DNA of 64,000 bases from Chiloscyllium plagiosum (Eukaryota), in contig NC_057718.1 in the NCBI RefSeq assembly GCF_004010195.1, positions 92,823,404 to 92,887,403 of the forward strand, written 5' to 3'. Shown piece by piece: positions 1 to 11,690 of this stretch. The notes beneath the pieces were generated by a model. The model did no database searches. It was not told where the DNA came from and saw only the letters and a program-made list of their open reading frames with translations. Each line of letters starts with the position of its first letter. Positions within the stretch are counted from its first letter, which is position 1. A program made the translations under genes and the position numbers.

Positions 1-147
1 CACCCCCACCCTCCTCTAGCTTATCTCTCCACCCTTCAGGCTCTCTACCTTTATTCCTGATGAAGGGCTTTTGCCCGAAACGTCGATTTTACTGCTCCTC
101 GGATGCTGCCTGAACTGCTGTGCTCTTCCAGCACCAATAATCCAGAA
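1..147 (+). mobile_element. 3' terminal repeat of a Penelope-like element (family A terminus), running off the window start
   Basis: Pyrimidine-rich UTR, then attcCTGATGAagggcttttgcccGAAAcgtcgattt...ggatgctgcctgaactgctgtgctcttccagcacc. The same terminus caps the GIY-YIG PLE fragments at 4122 and 16900. Confidence 0.85.
53..88 (+). ncRNA. Minimal type I hammerhead ribozyme motif, intact core (family A)
   Basis: CUGAUGA (57-63), A, stem II GGGC-UUUU-GCCC, GAAA (77-80), palindromic ACGU stem III, putative GUC cleavage triplet. Confidence 0.8.
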
Positions 148-1487
148 ATAGATCTTGAAGGATGTCTCATTACTTCACTCCGGAGTGTGATTGGCTCCTG
201 ATCTTGTGTAAAGTGGAAGCTACATTGCAGTGATGCCAAAATTCTGAGGTTAACATGCCTTAACAATATTTACCATGGTGCATCAAAGAGTGTATGAATT
301 TGGAAATGACCAGATAACTTGCCAGAAAAATCTGGTAGCCTTGAATGTGTGCTCTGCAACATTATTTTCCTGCCTCTGTAAATGATTAAACATTCATATA
401 CCAGCAGTTACTGCAGCAGTTGAGGCAAGAATGGTCAAATTTGCTTTGTCTCCTTCGAAGCGTAATTTACATGTAGTATTTGATTAATTTCATTCTCTGA
501 ATTGGAATATGACGGGCCAAAACCTACCTTTGTTTCATCATTGTAATGAAGAGCAGGTTTGGAATTTTGCATTGTGGTTCCACACAATTATGAAAAAAAA
601 ACAACTCTTCACCAAATGCAAAATGTTTTGAGGATGAGGTTTTTCTATTGCTTGAAAGACTTAAGGTTAGATGAACATATTTATCTTGTTCCAGCATTGT
701 TCATTCTGTCTGTTGCATTATCATTCTCGGACAGCCTTGGGCTCAAACTGAAGTGCCCTCTAGTGTTAAATGCCACTATTCATTCTGGAATTCAGTATTT
801 TTTTGTTGTTGACTTAAATGGAAGTTCTGAATCATGAATATCTCTCAAGCTGCATAAGCTGACAAAATGTCTGAGAATGAACACTGAAGATGCAACAATG
901 GCAGTAAAGCAACAGCATCAACAAAAAGTGGCCTTGACATATAAAAATGCATTCTTAAGTTGTTGGTACATTTATTGAATGTATAAAAGAGCTAGAAAAT
1001 GCCTTTCAGTTTTTCTGCAATTGCCTTCCAGGTGAAACACTTTGAGTTTCAGTAATTGAGAGATTCAAGAAAATACACATATTTTGAGCTTTGACAATTT
1101 AGTCTGATATTCACACTATTGTAAAGCACAGGCTTTATCTGACAACTAACTTGACTTAGAATTTCATCTGTTTTTTTAGCTGTGATTCTAACAACTGTCA
1201 AGCTAAAGTATTCTAGAAAGAGGCCCAAATATCAGGATTAAATTTCCATTAAACTAATTTCAATCTGAAGCTGTAAGAAATTAAGTCATGAGGGCTTGGC
1301 TTGCTTGCATTGAGATATTTCAGAGTAACTGACAATTATTCTGTTTGACATTCCCCATCCTTTATGAAAACACCAAGAGCCCGTTTAGTGTCTTCCCCTG
1401 TTATGTTCTGATCATCTAACCATAGGGAAGGATAACATAGTCTTTTAGACAGCAAAAAAGGTAAGGACAATAGATGATTCTCAGTAA

Positions 1488-2905
1488 AATGCGAAAGAAC
1501 TGTGGATGCTATAAATCAGAAACAAAAAGAGAGGTTGCTGGAAAAGCTCAGCAGGTCTGGCAATTTCAGAGGAATTCGTACTGCTTCCCTCTCTTGTCTG
1601 GAATTGGAAAAGTTAATGGATTTTGCTTCCAATCTCCATCCTGTCCTCACTTTCACCTGGTCTATCTCTGACTCCTCCCTTCCTCGGCATCTCTCTTTCC
1701 ATTTCTGGTGTTAGGCTGGCCGCTAATATCCATGATAAACCCACTGACTCCCACAGCTGCTTGGACAATACACTCTTGCACACTGTTTCCTGTAAGGATT
1801 CCATTCCATTTTCCTAGCTCCTCTGTCTCCGTCACATATGTTCCAATGAGGTCAACTTTGACAAGGGAGCCTCTGAAATGTCCACCTTCTTCCTCAACCA
1901 AGGAGTCCCCAGAACTGTTGTCAACAAGGTTCTCAACCAGGTCCAATCCATCTCCCGTACTTCCGCCCTGACCCCCTCTCTTCCCACCTTCAACAATGAT
2001 AGGGTTCCCCTTGTCCTTATCTACCATCTCACCAGCATCCACATCCAGAAGATCATCAGCTGCCATCTGCCATCTCCAGTGAGACTCCACCACCAGACAC
2101 ATATTCCCCTCCCCTCCTTTTCCCGCCTTCTGTAGGGACCCTCCGGGACATCCTGGTCAACTCTTCCTCACTCCCAATACCCCTCACAGCCCCACCTTCC
2201 CCTACAACCGACAAAGGTATAACACGTGCCCATTTACCTCCTCCCTCCCCATTATCCAAGGGTCCAAACATACCTTCGAGGTGAAGTAGCACTTTACATG
2301 CACTTCTCACAATCTAACCTACAGCACTCGCTGCTTACAATGTGGTCTCCTCTGCATTGGGGAAGCAAACCATAGCCTGGCTGAATGCTTTTCAGAATAT
2401 CTACGTTCTGCCTGAAAAAAAGACACTGACCTTCCAGTTGCCTGCCACCTTAACACACCACCCTGTTCCCTGGCCAACATCTCTGTCTCAGGCTTGTTGC
2501 ATTGATCCAGCAAAGCTCAGTGCAAGCTGGAAGAACAATACCTCATTTTCAACTTGGGAACCCTGCCGTGCTTTGGACTCAATATCAAGTTCAATAATTT
2601 TAGGGCCTGAGCTTCCCACATGCCGCAGCCCCCTACCCCACACACCAGGCCTTGTTATCACGTAGTCTGTCATTACACCCTTCCTATTGTTAGTCACCAA
2701 CAGTTTTCATTAATAGCTATTCAGCCTCCCAGCTAGTTTGTTATCGACTCCTTTGTCTGTCCAACTGTTCTTCTCTCTCTTTGGGCTCTATCCCTATCTA
2801 TCATTTACTCCTTACTCCCTTCCCCACCCTTTCTTCTGCATAAAAACTGACATTTTCTTAGCTGTCATCAGTTCTGAGGAAAGGTCACTGGACCAGAAAC
2901 ATTAA
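1488..2905 (+). mobile_element. Penelope-like retroelement (Neptune-like), 5'-truncated and degraded, with an inverted terminal fragment at its 5' end
   Basis: RT C-terminal remnants (HDKPTDSHSCLDN; MSTFFLNQGVPRTVVNKVLN) and GIY-YIG remnants (TCTSHNLTYSTRCLQCGLLCIGE). A decayed hammerhead lies at 2874-2903 (CTGAGGA-a-aggtc-actg-gacc-a-GAAAcatt). 1488-1563 is a reverse-oriented terminus. Confidence 0.85.
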
Positions 2906-3011
2906 GTTTGAAAAGTAGGCAAATTAATTTGAGACATTGGTGGATTTAATTTGACAGGGGGCAGGTTGACTCTTTTTGTCTTTGTAGCCACAGAAGATCA
3001 CAGTTTTTCTT

Positions 3012-3333
3012 TTAGATTCCTTACAGTGTGGAAACAGGCCCTTTGGCCTAACAAGTCCACATCGACCCTCCGAAGAGCAACCCACCCAGACCCATACCCC
3101 TACACTTACCCCTGACTAATCCACTGAACACTATGGGCAATTTATAATGGCCAATTCACCTAACCTGCACATCTTTGGACTGTGGGAGGAAAGTGGAGCA
3201 CCCGGAGGAAACCAACGCAGATGCAGGGAGATTGTGCAAACTCCACACAGACAGCTGCCCAAGGCGGGAATTGAACCCGGCTCCCTAGTGCTGTGAGGCA
3301 GCAATGCTAACCACTGAGCCACCGTGCTGCCCC
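3012..3333 (-). mobile_element. HE1-type tRNA-derived SINE (V-SINE superfamily), full length
   Basis: Minus strand has an A box (ggtggctcagtggttagc), a B box (gggttcaattccc), the conserved core tgtgtggagtttgcac...gggtgctcc and a LINE-related tail ending aatct. Confidence 0.92.
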
Positions 3334-3447
3334 AATTTTGAATTGCATCTCTCCATTTGAAGGTTTGCTGTTTGAAATTCCCTTATCACCTTTTCTGATG
3401 TAAAATTCCGTGCTTCCTCTCAGGCATTTGTGTGACAGTCACTGAAT

Positions 3448-3971
3448 TTAGATGTTGTGAAACTTGAAAGGGTTCAGAAAAGATTTACAAGGATGTTGCC
3501 AGGGTTGGAGGATTTGAGCTATAGGGAGAGGCTGAACAGGCTGGAGCTGTTTTCCCTGGAGTGTCAGAGGCTGAGGGGTGACCTTATAGAGGTTTACAAA
3601 ATTATGAGGGGCATGGATAGGGTAAATAGACAAAGTCTTTTCCCTGGAGTCGGGGACTCCAGAACTAGAGGGCATAGGGTTAGGGTGAGAGGGGAAAGAT
3701 ATAAAAGAGACCTAAGGGGCAACTTTTTCACACAGAGGGTGGTGTGTGTATGGAATAAGCTGCCAGAGGAAATCGTGGAAGCTAGTGCAATTGCAACATT
3801 TAAGAGGCATTTGGATGGGTACATGAAAAGGAAGGGTTTGGATGGATATGAGCTGGGTGCTGCAGGTGGGATTAGATTGGGTTGGGATATCTGGTTGGCA
3901 TGGACGGGTTGGACCAAAGGGTTTGTTTCCATGCTGTACATCTCTATGACTCTATGACTCTATGACTCTAT
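3448..3971 (+). mobile_element. CR1 (HER1-like) LINE 3' fragment
   Basis: ORF 3457-3957 (KLERVQKRFTRMLPGL...LRGDLIEVYKIM...FFTQRVV..WNKLP) is a CR1 ORF2 C-terminus; (tctatgac)n tail. Confidence 0.95.
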
Positions 3972-4121
3972 GGTTTTGCAGTGAATTTTGTGCTCTTTCA
4001 AAAACACATTTTGCAATTAATGCTTAATTGCAATATGTCTGAAAGTAAATTGGGACTATAATTCATTATCATGACCAGACCCACTCGTCCTCTTCTGAAA
4101 CCTGGCACATTGAAGAGCTTA

Positions 4122-4615
4122 GTGTTGAGAGTGGGGTGCTGGAAAAGCACAGCAGGTCAGGCAGCATCCGAGCAGCAGAAGAATCGACATTTCAGGCAAG
4201 AACCCTTCATCAAGAATGAGGCTTGAGAGCCGAGGAGGTGGAGAAATAAATGGGAGGGGGTTGGGGCTAGGGGGAAAGTGACTGAGAGTGCAATAGGTAG
4301 ATGTAGGCGGGGGTAATGGTGATAGTTCAGAGAGGAGAGTGGAATGGAAATGTGGGAAGGAAGATGGACAGGTTGGACAGTTCATGAGGGTGGTGCAGAG
4401 TTGGAAGGTTGGAACTGGGATAAGGGTGGGAGGGAGGGGAAATGAGGAAATAGGTGAAATCCACATCGATGCCTTGTGGTTGGAGGGCCCCAAGGCGGAA
4501 GATGAGGTGTTCTTCCTCCAGGTGTCGGGTAGTGAGGGTGTGGCAATGGAGGAGGCCCAGGACCTGCATGTCTTTTGCGGAGTGGGAGGGGGAGTTGAAG
4601 TGTTCGATCACGGGG
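4122..4615 (-). mobile_element. Penelope-like element 3' fragment (GIY-YIG C-terminus plus family A terminus)
   Basis: ORF 4327-4611 EHFNSPSHSAKDMQVLGLLHC...LEEEHLIFRLGALQPQGIDVDF; decayed hammerhead at about 4181-4216. Confidence 0.88.
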
Positions 4616-4699
4616 AGTGGTTATCTGAGTCTACAGTAGGAGAACTAATCAGCAACACCATCCTCCAAGTGAACAAACACTTGAACTACATTTCTCCAC

Positions 4700-5352
4700 T
4701 CGCAGCACCTTCCCTTGCTGCCGCAAGAGATGTAAAATTTGCACCCACATCTCCCCCCTCACCTCCATCTGAGGCCCTAAAGGATGCTTCCACATCCAGC
4801 AGAGATTTTCCTGCACATCCAAACACCTCATCTACTGTGTCTGTTGCTCTCGATGTGGTCTCTCCTACATTTGGGAGACAGGACGCCAACTCGCAGAATG
4901 TTTCAGGGAAAATCTCTGGGACACAGGCACTAAACAACCCCATCACCCTTTGGCCGACCACTTCAACTCCCCTGCCCTCTATCCATGCAAGTCCTGGGCC
5001 TCCTCCACCGCCAAATCCAAGCCACCCAACGCCTGGAGAAAAACGCCCCATCTTCTGCCTTGGGACCGTCCAACCACACAGCATCAACGTTGACTCCCCA
5101 GGTTTCCTCATCTCCCCTCCCCCCACTTCATCCCAGATCCAACCCTCCAACTTGGCACCACTCTCTTGAACAGTCTTACCTATCCAGTTGCCTTTCCACC
5201 TATCTGCTCCACCTTCCACTCCGACCAAGCCTTCCCAACGACCTCACCCCAACCCCATCCCAATCTGTCTGAAAAGCAACCCTCCACCACCACCCTCTGT
5301 CTTCTATCACTTTTCGACTCAGATGTCCATCATCTGCAGTCCTCACTTTCTC
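4700..5352 (+). mobile_element. Penelope-like element fragment (Cys linker plus GIY-YIG), inverted relative to 4122-4615
   Basis: PCCRKRCKICTH linker, TSSTVSVALDVVSPT frame-shifted GIY-YIG region, MQVLGLLHRQ; ends with the tail catctgcagtcctcactttctc. Confidence 0.85.
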
Positions 5353-5503
5353 TGACATTTCTCCTCTGCCCTGGCCAAAGACAGCTCATATCTAGTGTCC
5401 ATGCCAGTTGGTATTGCCAAACCCCTTATTTCACCACATCACTGGGGTTGCTTTCAGTCGAACCCTCACATCACTTTGACCCTTCAAGGAATTCACTTTG
5501 GAG

Positions 5504-5716
5504 TTGAAAATCACACAACATCAGGTTATAGTCTAGCAGGTTTATTTGGAAGCACTATATTTCGGAGTGGTCTCCTTCATCAGCTGGTTGTGGCCGCCTG
5601 ATGAAGGAGCAGTTCTCTGAAAGTTAGTGCTTCCAAATAAATCTGTTGGACTATAACCTGGTGTAGTGTGATTTTCAACTTTGTCCACCTCAGTCCAGCA
5701 CTGACACCTCCAAATT
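5504..5716. mobile_element. Fold-back PLE-terminus insertion (family B) with two opposed hammerhead motifs
   Basis: Inverted arms (ttgaaaatcacacaac.../...gtgtgattttcaa); hammerheads at about 5553-5583 (-) and 5598-5629 (+); 12-bp direct repeat ttcactttggag at 5492-5503 and 5717-5728. Confidence 0.88.
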
Positions 5717-5939
5717 TTCACTTTGGAGCACAGGGTTACTTATAACCTGCATGTTTCGTCAGGTTGCTTTTCCTGCAGGGGCATACATGAATCTCATGTA
5801 TCTGCATTGGATGCATCTTATGTCTTTTAGCTTGCTTTCTTAGCATTCATTCACTTTGCATTTACTTGGGGCTGATAACCTCTGCATCAAGCATTTCCCT
5901 TTAGCATAGAGGGAGAGGTAGGCGATTGTCATAGTTCAG

Positions 5940-6157
5940 GAGAAAGGGAGGACTGCAGATGTTAGAGTACATTGTCGAGAGTGTGGTGCTGGAAAAGCAC
6001 ATCAGGTCAGGCGGCAACTGAGGAGAACTGACGTTTCGGGCATAAGGAATCGAGGTTTCGCCATTCCTAATGAAAGGCTTATGCCCAAAATGTCGATTCT
6101 CCTATACCTCAGATGCTGCTTGACCTGCTGTGCTTTTCCAGCACCACATTCTCAAGA
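5940..6157. mobile_element. Fold-back PLE-terminus insertion (family A) with decayed hammerheads
   Basis: Inverted arms (gtgtggtgctggaaaagcac.../...gtgcttttccagcaccaca); 15-bp direct repeat attgtcatagttcag at 5925-5939 and 6158-6172. Confidence 0.88.
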
Positions 6158-6245
6158 ATTGTCATAGTTCAGTGTACTAAATATTCAAATGGGTTGGCAT
6201 GTTGCTGTACAGTGTCATGTGTTGTCAATATTATATCTACAGCAT

Positions 6246-7115
6246 GTCATAGACTCATAGAGTCATAGAGCTATACAATACTCCTTCAAAGTGGAGTCGC
6301 AGGTAGATAGGATAGTGAAGAAGGCATTTAGTATGCTTTCCTTTATTGGTCAGAGTATTGAGTATGGAGTTGGGAGGTCATGTTGAGGCTGTACAGGACA
6401 TTGGTTAGGCCACAGATGGAGTATTGCGTGCAATTCTGGTCTCCTTCCTATCGGAAAGATGTTGTGAAACTTGAAAGGGTTCAGAAAAGATTTACAAGGA
6501 TGTTGCCAGGGTTGGAGGATTTAAGCTATGAGGAGAGGCTGAACAGGCTGGGGTTGTTTTCCCTGGAGCGCCGGAGGCTGAGGGGTGACCTTATAGAGCT
6601 TTACAAAATTATGAGGGGCATGGATAGGGTAAATAGGCAAAGTCTTTTCTCTGGGGTTGGGGAGTCCAGAACTAGAGGGTATAGGTTTAGGGTGAGAGGG
6701 AAAAGATATAAAAGAGACCTAAGGGGCAACTTTTTCACACAGAGGGTGGTACGAGAAAGGAGTGAGCTGCCAGAGGAAGTGGTGGAGGCTCATACAATTG
6801 CAACATTTAAGAGACATTTGGATGGGTATATGAAAAGGAAGGGTTTGGAGGGATATGGGCCGGGTGCTGGCAGGTGGGACTAGGTTGGGTTGGGATATCT
6901 GGTTGGCGTGGATGGGTTGGACCGAAGGGTCTGTTTCCATGCTGTACATCTCTATGACTCTATGACTCTAATTTGAAAACAAACCATTTGGTCAAAGTCG
7001 TCCATGCTGACCAGATGTCCTTGCTTAATCTAGTCCCATTTGCCAGTATTTGGCCCATATCCCTGTAAATCCTTCCTATTAATGTACCTTTCCAGATGCC
7101 TTTTCAATGTTGCCC
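6246..7115 (-). mobile_element. Older CR1 3' UTR fragment split by the CR1 at 6282-6970
   Basis: Tail gtcatagactcatagagtcatagag at 6246-6270 continues at 6975-7115 (ctagtcccatttgccagtatttggcccatatccc). Confidence 0.7.
6282..6970 (+). mobile_element. CR1 LINE 3' fragment, relatively young
   Basis: ORF 6380-6883 [22 protein letters not shown]...; (tctatgac)n tail; closely similar to 3448-3971. Confidence 0.95.
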
Positions 7116-7372
7116 ATGTGATAGCAGCTTCCACAGCAAAATATACACTTGCTTCAACCAAACAGCCATGTGTGAAAGTCAAGGTAAGACCAAAAGGGTC
7201 TATGGTCAGTTAGTGGGTACCATCACAAGAATCAAGGGACAAGTCCCTTTCTAGTCCAGGGGTTGACAATAGTCAGCCCTGCAGGACAGGTGTGACTAGT
7301 CTGGGTATTGCAGATATGTCCATTTGGGTGTTGTGGAGATATCTGTCCAGGTAATGAAGCAGGTGGGCATTT

Positions 7373-7687
7373 GGGTGACACTGTGGCTCAGTAGTTAGCA
7401 CTGCTGCCCCACAGCACCAGGGACCCGGGTTTGATTCGCACCTTGGGCGACTGTCTGTGTGGAGTTTGCACATTCTACCCATGTCTGCATGGGTTTCCTC
7501 TGGATGTTCCGGTTTCCTCCCACAATCTAAGATATGCAGGTCAGGTGAATTGGCCTCGCTAAATTGCCCATAGTGTTAGGTACATTGGGCAGGGGAATGG
7601 GTCTGGGTGGGTTACTCTTCGGAGGGTCAGTGTGGACTTGTTGGGCTGAAGGGCCTGTTTCCATTTTGTAGGGAATCTAATCTAATC
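7373..7687 (+). mobile_element. HE1-type SINE
   Basis: A/B boxes, conserved core, gggaatctaatctaatc tail. Confidence 0.92.
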
Positions 7688-7759
7688 AAGTTTTCCTGCA
7701 ATGAGACAAATGGAAGGAATTTGTATGATGGAAATGAATGTAAAAGCAGTTATTGATGA

Positions 7760-8480
7760 TGTGTGCAGGAGAGGTGAGATGGTACCTAGAGGGAAGAGTG
7801 GGAAGCGCAGTAGGCAGAAAATGTTGGCAGTTTGTTAGCATGAGGTGAGTGAGAGCCGTTGAGTGGACATGATGCGTGGAATAATAAGAGTTGTAGTCTG
7901 TGAGCCTTGGTAATATGAGTGTACAAAGTCAGAGCTCTACATCCAATATGTATGAGGTAGCTAAGAGAAGATGGTGGTGTATACCTTTGTGGAGCACATG
8001 GTATCACTAAACTTCTCTTTATATTGCTGAGTGTTGAGTTTCACCCAGCACACTGCACTGACCTTGGCTGCTATCTCTGTCCAGGGTGCCTGAGTCTAGT
8101 GGCATGGCCTTCTTTGCCATATAGTAGGGAAAAGCACTGCCCTCCTTTCCATTATCCCTGACCAGAAGTATCTCCAAGTTCGTCTGGTGAACCTAGGAGC
8201 TAACTTGCCTTGCTGGAGCCATTGCCTTTGGGGAGACAGCACAGGTCCATAATGTGAAGGGCTATTTCTGGCTTGCAGCAACTAGTTGTTGAGCTCAGAT
8301 TTAAATATTGGGGCAGCGGTATGAATATCGCACAATCCTGGCAGTGGTGAGCACTTCTGCTTCTCCTGCTGCACAATTTGATGAGGAAGGTGTCTGAGAG
8401 GCTGGTTGCATAACTAACAAGCTGAAGATTGGAAGGTTACTTGAGACAAGTCAACTTGGGCCATGATGGAGCACCTGCCA
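7760..8480 (-). mobile_element. Degraded PIF/Harbinger-like element with Myb/SANT-like DNA-binding remnant
   Basis: Minus-strand GKLAPRFT...GIMERRAVLFP...QRRPCH and LNTQQYKEKFSD, homologous to 53350-53541. Confidence 0.55.
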
Positions 8481-8826
8481 TAAATCTTTTCCTCCCAAAA
8501 CACATTTTACCAAGAATTAGGAAAGTCCATTGTTTAGTTTCTCTGTCATTTTCTTTTACCACTTTATAAGTTATCCTGTCTCTGCCTGTAATGGGTCAAC
8601 ATATATCTTTGATAATCTTTTCCTTTTTCCCTCCTGATAGAAGATTTTATCATCCACTTTTAGTTTTTTCAGTCATTTACTTTTTATTTTATTTTCCCTT
8701 TCTACAACAGTTTCACAGTTCTCCTTTGCTGAATTCAAAAATACTCCCAATCCTCAGGATTATATTTATTTTGGCAATTTTATAAGATTCCCCTGTGATC
8801 TAATAGAATTTTTAAGTTCACTTTGT

Positions 8827-9131
8827 GGGTGGCACGGTGGCACAGTGGTTAGCACTGCTGCCTCACAGCGCCTGAGACCCAGGTTCAATTCCTGCCTCAG
8901 GCGACTGACTGGGTGGAGTTTGCACGTTCTCCCCGTGTCTGCGTGGGTTTCCTCCGGGTGCCCCGGTTTCCTCCCACAGTTCAAAGATATGCAGGTCAGG
9001 TGAATTGGCCATGCTAAATTGCCTGTAGTGTTAGGTAAGGGGTAAATGTAGGGGTAGGAGTATGGGTGGGTTGCGGGTCGGTGTGGACTTGGGCCGAAGG
9101 GCCTGTTTCCACGCTGTAATGTAATCTAATC
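8827..9131 (+). mobile_element. HE1-type SINE, young (CpG-rich)
   Basis: ggcacggtggcacagtggttagc, aggttcaattcc, conserved core, taatctaatc tail; flanked by decayed minus-strand CR1-like sequence. Confidence 0.93.
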
Positions 9132-9389
9132 ATTATTCATCACAATTTAACCCTTTTCTTGTTGGAATTTTGTGCCTCAAAGGAATGGATATTTGCTGTA
9201 AACGGTGTATTATTTATTTAGACACCAGCCATTGTCTATCTGTAATTATATCTCTGAATGTAGTTTCTCAATCTACCATAGCCATTTTCTTAGTCTAGCT
9301 TTAGGATGCTAGTTTTGGACTGAACCTTCCCTGAACCCGGTTCATCCCCGCCTCCTTGACTCCAAAATCACTTGCAATGTCCTTTCGAT

Positions 9390-11690
9390 GAACAAAGAAC
9401 AAAGAGCAAAGAAAATTACAGCACAGAAACAGACCATTTAGCTCTCCAAGCCTGCGCCGATCCAGATCCTCTAACTAAACTTGCTGCCTATTTTCTAAAG
9501 ATCTGTATTCCTTTGCTTCCTGCTCGTTCATGTATCTGTCCAGATACATCTTAAATGACGCTATCTACCACCTCCACTGGCAACACGTCCCAGTCCCCCA
9601 ACACTCTCTGCGTAAAGAACTATTCATGTATATCTCCTCTAAACTTTTCCCCTCTCACTTTTAACTCGTGACCCCTAGTAATTGAGTTCTGCACTCTTGG
9701 AAAAAGCTTCTTGCTATCTACCTTGTCTATGTCTCTCATAATTTTATAGACCTCAACCAGGTTCCTCCTCAACCTCTGTCTTTCTAATGAAAATAATCTT
9801 AATCTACTCAACCTCTCCTCATAGCTAGCGCCCTCCATACCAGGCAACATCCTGGTGAACCTCCTCTGCACCCTCGCCAAAGCATCCACATCCTTTTGGT
9901 AATGTGGTGACCAGAACTGTATGCAGTATTGCAAATGTGGCTGAACCAAAGCCCTACATAACTGTGACATGATCCGCCCACTCTTGTACTCAATACCCTG
10001 TCCACTGAAGGAAAGCATGCCTTATGCCTTCTTGACCACTTTACTAAGCTGCATTGTCACCTTCAGGGAACAATGGACATGAACACCCAGCTCTCTCTGT
10101 ACATCAATTTTCCCCAGGACTTTCCATTTTCTGTATAGTTCGCTCTTGAATTGGATCTTCCAAAATGCATCACCTCACATTTGCCCGGATTGAACTCCAT
10201 CTGCCATTTCTCTGGCCTTCTCTCCAATCTATCTATATTCTGCTGTAACCTCTGGCAGTCCTCGTCATTATCTGCTACTCCACCAATCTTGGTGTCATCT
10301 GCAAACTTGCCAATCAGGCAACTGCTACCTTCCTCCAAATCATTTATATATTTCACAAACAATAGTGGTCCCAGCATGCATCCCTGTGGAACACCACTGG
10401 TTATAGGTCTCCAATTTCAGATACTCCCTTCCACAACTACTCTCTTCTCCTTTTGCCCAGCCAGTTCTCTATCTATCTAGCTAGTACACTCTGGATACCA
10501 TGCGACTTCACCTTTTCCATCAGCCTACCATGGGGAACCTTATCAAATGCCTTACTAAAGTCCATGCATATGACATCTACAGCCCTTCCCCCATCAATCA
10601 ACTTTTTCACCTCCTCAAAGAATTCTATTAGGTTTGTATGACATGACCTTCCCCGCACAAAACCATGCTGCCCACTACGGATAAGCCAATTCTCTTCCAA
10701 ATGGGAATAGATCCTCTCCCTCAATATCTTCTCTAGCAGCTTCTTTACCACTGAAGTCAGGCTCACCAGTGTATAATTACCTGGAGTATCCTTGCTACCC
10801 TTCTTAAACAAGGCGACAACATTAGCAATTCTCCAGTCCTCCAGGGCCTCATCCATGTTCAAGGATGTTGCAAAGATATCTGTTAAGGCCTCAGCTATTT
10901 CCTCTATTGCATTCCTCAGTAACCTGGGGTAGATCCCATCTGGACCTGGGGACTTGTCTACCTTAATGTCTTTTAGAATATCAAAAACTTCCTCCCTCCT
11001 TAAGCCGACTTGACCTAGAGTACTCAAAGATCTATCCCTAACCTCAAAATCCGTCATGTCCCTCTCCTCGGTGAATACCAATGCAAATTAGTTATTAAGA
11101 ATCTCACTCATTTTCTCTGACTCCATGCATAACTTTCCTCCTTTGTCCTTGAGTGTGCCAACCATTTCTCTAGTTACCCTCTTGTTCCTAATATATGCAA
11201 AAAAAAGTTTTGGAATTGGATTACCTACAGTATGGAAACAGGCCCTTTGGCCCAACAAGTCCACACTGACCCTCTGAAGAGTAACCCACCCAGACCCATT
11301 CCCCTACCCTATATTTACCCCTGACTAATGCACCTAACACTATGGGCAATTTAGCATGGCCAATTCAACTGACCTGCACATCTTTCGATTGTGGGAGGAA
11401 ACCAGAGCACCCGGAGAAAACCCATGCAGACATGGGGAGAATGTGTAAATTCCACACAGATGGTCACCTGAGGTGGGAATCGAACCCAGGACCCTAATGC
11501 TGTGAGCCACCAGGCTGCCCACAGTGTTTTCCTTAACCCTGTTTGCTAAAGCTATCTCATGACCCCTTTTAGCCTTCTTAATTCCTCATTTCATATTGGT
11601 CCTACATTCCCGATATTCTTTGAAAGGTTTGTCTGTCTTCAGTAGCCTAGACCTTATGTACACATCCTTTTTCCTCTTAGCTAGTCAGAT
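9390..11690 (-). mobile_element. CR1 LINE, about 2 kb of ORF2 reverse transcriptase region with frameshifts
   Basis: ORFs 10473-11081 (KSPGPDGIYPRLL...QHGFVRGRSC.TNL...DFSKAFDKVPH), 10063-10377 (LGPLLF..YINDL...KFADDTK) and 9620-10018; (gaacaaa)n tail at 9390-9410. Confidence 0.95.
11213..11520 (-). mobile_element. HE1-type SINE nested in the CR1
   Basis: HE1 core and tail in reverse orientation, with a short deletion in the tRNA head. Confidence 0.9.

Noticed and set aside
4339-5169. Longest ORF in the window (276 aa)
   Set aside because: It spans the junction of two inverted PLE fragments and reads antisense or off-frame; not a real gene.
8827-8900. tRNA-like A/B boxes suggesting tRNA genes (also in the other SINE heads)
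   Set aside because: They continue into the HE1 core and LINE-derived tail, so they are SINE heads rather than tRNA genes.
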